NCBI GenBank assembly: GCA_903919625.1
Contig: CAIXIZ010000108.1
Coordinates: 1-40,695 of the forward strand
Origin: an uncultured Verrucomicrobiota bacterium
GTDB lineage: Bacteria > Verrucomicrobiota > Verrucomicrobiia > Opitutales > Opitutaceae
DNA: 40,695 bases
Direction: 5' to 3'
Part shown: positions 35,422-40,695 of the stretch, piece by piece
Layout of the letters: the number at the start of each line of letters is the position of its first letter
Position numbering within the stretch: the stretch's first letter is position 1
Translations under genes and position numbers: made by a program
Notes under the pieces: model-generated
Told to the model about the DNA's origin: nothing
The model's database searches: none
Seen by the model: the letters and a program-made list of their open reading frames with translations, nothing else

Positions 35422-36465
35422 ATGCCAGCCGTCGCCGTTTCCGCCCGCCCTCCTCCTGCCGTCCCTGCGCCCGGCCTTGGCCCGGTGTTTGACCGGCTGC
35501 GGCCCCAGCTGACGGAGCTGGACGGGTTCCTGCGGGCGCAATTGGCGGCGTTTGAGCCGGAAATCCGCACCCTGGCGGACTATTGTCTCGATGCTGCGGG
35601 CAAACGCATCCGGCCCGCCCTCGTATTTCTGAGCGGCTGGAAAGACGCCGGCCCGGCCGCGCCCGCCCTGGTGCGTGCGGCGGCCATTGTCGAACTGGTC
35701 CACCTCGCCACCCTCGTGCATGACGACATCATGGACGGGGCCGACCTGCGCCGGGGCCGTGACACCGCATCGCGCCACTATGGGCCCGAGACGGCCGTGC
35801 TGCTGGGCGACGCGCTGTTTGCCCATGCGCTCAACCTCGCCGCGCAGTTCCCGACCACCGAGGTCTGCCTCGCGGTGTCGGAGTCAACCCGCAAGGTCTG
35901 CACCGGCGAGATCATGCAGACGTTGCGCCGCCATGCCACCGATGTGACGCGGGCTGACTATGACCGCGTGATCGAGCTGAAAACGGCCGAGCTGTTCCGC
36001 GTGTCTTGCCAGCTCGGCGCGCGATTGGGCGGATTTTCGGCAGAGTTTGCGGCGGCGGCGGCGGAATTTGGCCGGCAGCTCGGCATTGCGTACCAGATTT
36101 ACGACGACCTCGCGGATTTCTTCGGCGACGAGCATCGGATCGGCAAAACCCTCGGCACCGACCTGCGCAGCGGCAAGCTCACCCTGCCGCTGCTCGTGCT
36201 GCGCGAGCGGCTTCCGTCCGACGAAAGCGCCGCGCTGCTTGACGAAATCGCCGGCCGGCGTCCGCCCGACCTCGGCGCCCGCCTGGCGCAGATGCGCGTG
36301 CACAATGTGTTTGCCACTGTCAGCGACGCGGTGCAATCCGCGCTCGTGGCCGCCGAGTCCGCTCTCACGCCCTACACCGCGCTCCCGCCAGTCCCGATGC
36401 TGCGTCAGCTCAGCGACGCCCTGCAAATCCAAGTCGGAAGTTTGCGTGCGTCGGCAGGCGGGTGA
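35422..36465 (+). CDS. Long-chain polyprenyl diphosphate synthase (IspB-like trans-isoprenyl diphosphate synthase)
   Basis: First DDxxD block LVHDDIMDG and second YQIYDDLADF, plus GKTLGTDLRSGKLTLP. I prefer the ATG at 35422 over the TTG at 35389 (uncertain). Confidence 0.85.
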   Translation: MPAVAVSARPPPAVPAPGLGPVFDRLRPQLTELDGFLRAQLAAFEPEIRTLADYCLDAAGKRIRPALVFLSGWKDAGPAAPALVRAAAIVELVHLATLVHDDIMDGADLRRGRDTASRHYGPETAVLLGDALFAHALNLAAQFPTTEVCLAVSESTRKVCTGEIMQTLRRHATDVTRADYDRVIELKTAELFRVSCQLGARLGGFSAEFAAAAAEFGRQLGIAYQIYDDLADFFGDEHRIGKTLGTDLRSGKLTLPLLVLRERLPSDESAALLDEIAGRRPPDLGARLAQMRVHNVFATVSDAVQSALVAAESALTPYTALPPVPMLRQLSDALQIQVGSLRASAGG

Positions 36466-36477
36466 CTGTCCAATCAG

Positions 36478-36657
36478 CGGATTTTTAAGAGGGAAACGAG
36501 GAAACCAGGAATTTGATTTGGGAATTCCGATTTCGGATTTTGGATTGTTCCTGACACCGACCTGCGGAATCGGTTGTTGGTTCCAATTCCTGGCTTCCTG
36601 GTTTCTCCCTTATATCCGCCTTCCGCATTCCGAATTCCCAAATCCGCCCTCCGCTCA
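36478..36657. repeat. Imperfect inverted repeat pair plus a heptamer run between convergent genes; same family as the 34.1-34.7 kb array
   Basis: The arms 36478-36516 and 36582-36618 are about 80% complementary (CGGATTTTTAAGAGGGAAACGAGGAAACCAGGAATTTGA versus the reverse complement CGGATATAAGGGAGAAACCAGGAAGCCAGGAATTGGA). GGAATTCCGATTTCGGATTTTGGATT is an inverted copy of 34179-34204. The heptamers CCGCCTT CCGCATT CCGAATT CCCAAAT CCGCCCT CCGCTCA run into the GH13 stop codon. Confidence 0.6.
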
Positions 36658-39123
36658 CTCTTCGCACACCCACAGGCCGCAGCCGAGGGCGGGGACGAAG
36701 AGTTCGGGCTCGACCGGCTGGGTGACCCCATGGCGGGGACCGAAAAAATGCTCGTGGTCGGCGAGCTGGCGCCAGGACGAGGCCGGGAGCACCTGGCCGA
36801 GCGGGATGGTGACGTCGTCCAAGGTCGGGTTGATGGCGAACAGCAGGCGCGCCGGACCCTGGCTGTGGTCGGCGTTGTAGAGCACGGCGGTGGCGATGGA
36901 ATGATGCGCCCAATAAAACTGGAAAAATCCCTCGCTGGCCCGCGTGTAATGGCGCAGCAGCCGGCCGGTTTCCGAACGGCGGAAGGCGATCCAGTCCGCG
37001 AAATAGGCATGGGTCGCCGGAAAGCGGAACAGCCGGCGGTAGTCGAGTGCGTTGAGGTCGCCCCGCAGGTAGGTGTTGTTGACGCCATGCTTGGAGCGGA
37101 GGAAATCCTGGCCGGCGGCGAGCATCGGGATGCCGATGGACATGAACAGCACGGCCGCCATGAGGTGGGTGCGTTCGCGGTCGGTGGCGGTGGGGTGGTC
37201 CCCGTTGTGCGACGGATTTTCCGTGATGACATCGATCCACGTGCGGTCGTCGTGCGACTCGGTGTAGTTGAGGGTCTGCGCGGGCCATTTGGCGTAATAC
37301 CAGGGCGAACCTTTCAGGCAGTATTCGAAGCGGTCGCGGCTGCCGCCGCCGCGCACATAGTCGCGGAGGAAGTCGCGGTAGCCGTCGTTCCAGGAGGCCC
37401 AGCCGGTGTCGCGCAGTTCGCCGGCGATATGGCCGCGGAAACTCCAGGGCTCGGCGATGAGGATCACGTCGGGCTTCACGTGCTTGAGCGCGGTCTCGAT
37501 CTCGCGCAGCACGGGCGCGCCGATGAGGTCGGCCAGGTCAAAGCGAAAACCGTCCACCCCGTAGGCTTCGAGCAGGTGGAGGCAGCTGTCGATGATGAGG
37601 CGCTTCGACATCGCGGCGGAGGCGCACAGGTCGTTGCCACAGCCGCTCCAGTTGGCGAGCCGGCCCGCGCCGTCCTGCTCAAAATAATACAGCTTGTCCA
37701 CGAACATGAGATGCGCGGGCTCGCCGACGTGGTTGTAGACCACGTCGAGCAGCACGGCCATGCCGCGCCGGTGGAAGGCCTGCACCAGCTCCTGCAGTTC
37801 CCGCACGCCGGATGCGTGCACCGGATCCAGCGCGTAGCTGCTCGCGGGCGCGAAGTAGTTCACCGTCATGTAGCCCCAGTGGTATTCCCCGGCCGTGCGG
37901 CTGTCGTTTTCCTGCACGGGCTGCAGCTCGACGCAGTTCACGCCCAGCCGGTGCAGGTAAAACTGCGGGCTCTCCACCCATTTGCGCAGGCCGGTGAAAC
38001 CGCGCCGCTCCTCCGCGCTGAGGGCGACGGGCGCATGGGCGGCAAGGTCGCGCACATGGGCCTCGGCAATGACAAGGTCATGCCACGCGGGGGTGGTGAA
38101 GCCGTGGTCGCCGGCCCCGATCCACGCCTGGTCGAGCACGATCCCGGGGCCTTCCCGGCCGACCGTCGCGAGCGCCCACGGGTCGAGCACGCGATGCTGG
38201 GGTTTGAAGAACCCGAAGGCATCGTGCGGCCCGTCCACATGATACCAGTAAAACCAGCCGTGCAGGTTCTGCGCGAGCACGAGCTCCCACACCCCGTAGC
38301 CGCCCTCGGGGTCGGCCCGGCGGGCGAGCGGGTAGCGGTGGGGCGCGTTTTGCGCGGCGAGTTCGGCGCAGACACACAGCTCGACGCGTTTGGCACGGGG
38401 CGCAAACAGCCGGAACACGGTTTCGTTGCCGCGCACAAGCGCGCCCATCGGCAGGTTGGTGCCGAGCTGGTGGAAAAACGCCCCGCGCATCAGCGGCACC
38501 TCCTGCCCGTCCTCCCCGTCGGCCCACTGCACCGTCCAGGGTTCGGCGAGATCGAGCGGCTGCCCGGTGGTGAAGGCGAAGAGGTGCTGGCCGGTGCGCT
38601 CCGGCTCGATGGCGTGGTTGACGGTGCCGCCCTCGTCCCGCACGGCGTTGGGCACATCGTCGCGCACTGTGAGCCAGCGCCCGCCGCCCGTCACAAACTT
38701 AAACTGTCTCGGCGGGTGGGCGAAAAAACGCGCGGCGTGGCCGGACCACAGCCGCACCGCCTCACCATCAAGCGAGGCCGGGCGCAGCGCCCATTCCTCA
38801 CAGCCGATGGCGTTGGCCCAGCCGTTGAAATCGCCCGCCAGATAGATGGCTTCCGGCGTGTCGGCGCCCGGATCGCGGCCGGGACGCAGGAAGAAAAAGA
38901 TCTCGTCCTTGCGGTTCACGAAAAAACCGCTTTCGCAGCCAAAGGTGTAATCGGGCACCGGGCGCAGCGCGGTGAATTTGGCCCCGCCGCTGAGCGCGAG
39001 CGGCGGCGGTAGCCGCGCCCGCCAGTCACGGGTCAGCTCGACGACCCCGGAGGTGGGCGATTCCAGCCAGGCACGGGCGATTTTTTTAACGCGGTGGGAC
39101 ATCAGGGTGCGAAGCCATAGCAT
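36655..39123 (-). CDS. GH13 alpha-amylase-family debranching-type enzyme (pullulanase/GlgX-like)
   Basis: GH13 conserved regions: DVVYNHV (I), GVDGFRFDLA (II), ILIAEPW (III), YTESHDD (IV). Also HWGYMTVNYFAPASSY. The start is uncertain (ATG at 39123 or 39102); the upstream part of the ORF overlaps the neighbouring gene. Confidence 0.85.
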   Translation of the reverse strand: MLWLRTLMSHRVKKIARAWLESPTSGVVELTRDWRARLPPPLALSGGAKFTALRPVPDYTFGCESGFFVNRKDEIFFFLRPGRDPGADTPEAIYLAGDFNGWANAIGCEEWALRPASLDGEAVRLWSGHAARFFAHPPRQFKFVTGGGRWLTVRDDVPNAVRDEGGTVNHAIEPERTGQHLFAFTTGQPLDLAEPWTVQWADGEDGQEVPLMRGAFFHQLGTNLPMGALVRGNETVFRLFAPRAKRVELCVCAELAAQNAPHRYPLARRADPEGGYGVWELVLAQNLHGWFYWYHVDGPHDAFGFFKPQHRVLDPWALATVGREGPGIVLDQAWIGAGDHGFTTPAWHDLVIAEAHVRDLAAHAPVALSAEERRGFTGLRKWVESPQFYLHRLGVNCVELQPVQENDSRTAGEYHWGYMTVNYFAPASSYALDPVHASGVRELQELVQAFHRRGMAVLLDVVYNHVGEPAHLMFVDKLYYFEQDGAGRLANWSGCGNDLCASAAMSKRLIIDSCLHLLEAYGVDGFRFDLADLIGAPVLREIETALKHVKPDVILIAEPWSFRGHIAGELRDTGWASWNDGYRDFLRDYVRGGGSRDRFEYCLKGSPWYYAKWPAQTLNYTESHDDRTWIDVITENPSHNGDHPTATDRERTHLMAAVLFMSIGIPMLAAGQDFLRSKHGVNNTYLRGDLNALDYRRLFRFPATHAYFADWIAFRRSETGRLLRHYTRASEGFFQFYWAHHSIATAVLYNADHSQGPARLLFAINPTLDDVTIPLGQVLPASSWRQLADHEHFFGPRHGVTQPVEPELFVPALGCGLWVCEE

Positions 39124-39253
39124 CCCCCGCGCCGATTCCCCGGCACAAGCGCGAACTGAGTGATTCCGCCCGGCCAGAATCTGGCGGCGACGGACCGCGG
39201 GCAGCGTCTGCCGGCGGACCGACCGGATGCGGCCCATGCTCTCGCCAGCCCGG

Positions 39254-40204
39254 TTATTTGACAAACGCGGCGGCCACCGGCTTGCCGTCGAAATAATCCG
39301 GCAGCGGCAGGCCGAGCAGCCAGCAGACGGTCGCGGCGGTGTCCTCCGTATGCACGGTCAGCGGGACGAGGTCGGTCAGGTCGTAGCCTTGGCGCACCCC
39401 CGGGCCGGTGATGATCCAGGGGATGTTGAGGCTGCGCTGGTCGTCCTTGCCATGAACCAGGCCCTGGCCGCCGTGGTCGGCGGTGACGATGATGATGCTG
39501 GACTCCCGGATCCTGGCCTGGTCCAGCGCGGCCAGGATGGCGGCAAGCGCGAGGTCGGTCTTGTCCACCTGCGCGAGATATTCGGGCGAGGCCCATCCTT
39601 TGGCATGGCCGACCGTGTCGGTGTCGGGAAAATGGATGAGCATCAGGTCGGGCTGGTAGGCCGCGATGATTTTGACCGCCTGCTCGACGACGCCCTCGTT
39701 GTTGTCCTTTGCGTTGGTGCCGGAGGGCAGCCAGGCATGGGTGATCGTCCCGGGCGGGTTGAGCGTCGAAAACTTCGATTTGCCCGCGACCATCGCCGTC
39801 ACATAGCCGGCCTTGGTGGCCATGGCCATCACCGTCGGCCGGTTGGGATAAAGCCCGCGCCGCACCGGCAGATCATCATTCCAGAAGATGCCGTGTTTGT
39901 CCGGGGTCACGCCGGTGACCATGCTGGTGTGCGAGGGCAGGGTGATGGCGACGTCCGTGGTGCGGGCCCAGAAGGTGTAGGCGCCTGCTTTCAGCATCGT
40001 GCGCAGCGTCGGCATATTGGCCTGCAACGCCTTGTCGGGCCGCAAGCCGTCGATGCTGATGATGAAAACATGTTTGACCGCGGGGATGGGCTGCGGGGGC
40101 CGGGCGACGGGCGCGGCCGCAGGAACCGCTGTCTGGCCATGTCCCACGGAGGTGAAGACGGCCAGGGCCAAAGTCAGCCGGAGGGTGCGGAGCGGGGTTT
40201 TCAT
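39254..40204 (-). CDS. Alkaline-phosphatase-superfamily nucleotide pyrophosphatase/phosphodiesterase (NPP-like), secreted
   Basis: Signal peptide from the ATG at 40204. Metal and nucleophile motifs ISIDGLRPD, TLPSHTSMVTG, HFPDTDTVGH and TADHGG. Confidence 0.8.
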   Translation of the reverse strand: MKTPLRTLRLTLALAVFTSVGHGQTAVPAAAPVARPPQPIPAVKHVFIISIDGLRPDKALQANMPTLRTMLKAGAYTFWARTTDVAITLPSHTSMVTGVTPDKHGIFWNDDLPVRRGLYPNRPTVMAMATKAGYVTAMVAGKSKFSTLNPPGTITHAWLPSGTNAKDNNEGVVEQAVKIIAAYQPDLMLIHFPDTDTVGHAKGWASPEYLAQVDKTDLALAAILAALDQARIRESSIIIVTADHGGQGLVHGKDDQRSLNIPWIITGPGVRQGYDLTDLVPLTVHTEDTAATVCWLLGLPLPDYFDGKPVAAAFVK

Positions 40205-40295
40205 CGCAGCAGCCTGATCAGCCCGGCGAAAGCGTGCAAGCCGCGGAAAGCGGCATGCGGTTGACAACTCAATCCACTGACGCCCCCGTTGCCGC

Positions 40296-40695
40296 ATGCC
40301 CGTGCGCGAAAAAATTCTTGTCGCCCTGTCCGGCGGAGTGGACAGCTCCGTCGCCGCGCTGCTGCTCAGGCGGGCGGGTCACGAGCTGGTGGGCGCCTAC
40401 ATGAAGAACTGGATCAACGAGGACAAGGTGGTCGGCCATTGTCCGTGGGAGCAGGACATCACCGATGCGCGCGCGGTGGCGGAGCGGATCGGGATCGAGT
40501 TTCACGTCGTCAACCTCATGCGCGACTACCGGGAGCGCGTGGTCGCCCACCTGCTGGACGGCTATGCGCACGGCCTCACGCCCAACCCGGATGTGCGCTG
40601 CAACCGCGAGATCAAGTTTGGCGTGTTTCGCGCCTGGGCCAGGGAGCAGGGCTTCGCTGCCGTCGCGACCGGGCATTATGCAAGGCGGGTGGAGG
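40296..40695 (+). CDS. mnmA: tRNA-specific 2-thiouridylase MnmA (3'-truncated by the window end)
   Basis: [39 protein letters not shown]... contains the PP-loop SGGVDSS. The frame is open to the end of the window. It is absent from the ORF track because there is no stop. Confidence 0.85.
   Translation, partial: MPVREKILVALSGGVDSSVAALLLRRAGHELVGAYMKNWINEDKVVGHCPWEQDITDARAVAERIGIEFHVVNLMRDYRERVVAHLLDGYAHGLTPNPDVRCNREIKFGVFRAWAREQGFAAVATGHYARRVE

Noticed and set aside
36574-39012. 812-aa ORF on the plus strand
   Set aside because: It is antisense to the GH13 gene, which has all four GH13 conserved regions. It is an artefactual frame.

Overview
High-GC (visibly about 65-70%) bacterial chromosomal window. 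By inference it comes from the PVC group, probably a Verrucomicrobia/Opitutaceae-like genome, because it carries a DUF1592/DUF1552 pair, a TIGR03790-like protein and an NHL/Ig surface protein. Most of it is housekeeping.

Gene content:
- Plus strand: a complete mlaEFDCA lipid-asymmetry operon, rsmD, rpmG (54 aa, missing from the ORF track) and a yceH-like gene.
- Minus strand: a tight holA-purB-obg-(small protein)-gspE/pilB string, rsmE, an aldo/keto reductase, a GH13 debranching-type enzyme, an NPP-type phosphodiesterase and a class I/II aminotransferase.
- Window edges: a 5'-truncated EIIA-DAC fusion gene at the left edge and a 3'-truncated mnmA at the right edge.

I found no recognisable multi-gene defence system, prophage, CRISPR array or biosynthetic cluster.

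Things worth a second look:
1. A dense, structured composite repeat array sits directly downstream of tRNA-Thr(CGU) at about 34.04-34.74 kb. It combines octamer and heptamer micro-repeats with conserved hairpin boxes. Related copies occur at about 7.9 kb and 36.5 kb, and the array appears to supply the stop codon of a CPBP protease gene.
2. A 5'-truncated tyrosine-integrase pseudogene lies on the unexpected (5') side of that tRNA.
3. Two clearly paralogous, lower-GC genes for membrane-anchored proteins of unknown function lie 22 kb apart.
4. A PTS-EIIA-like domain is fused to a DAC (diadenylate cyclase-like) domain with non-canonical motifs.
5. A stand-alone GspE-N-terminal-like protein sits between obg and an orphan secretion ATPase.
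6. A 27-bp AT-rich palindrome has a 22/27-identical copy inside rsmE.

The many long ORFs antisense to the real genes are high-GC artefacts.
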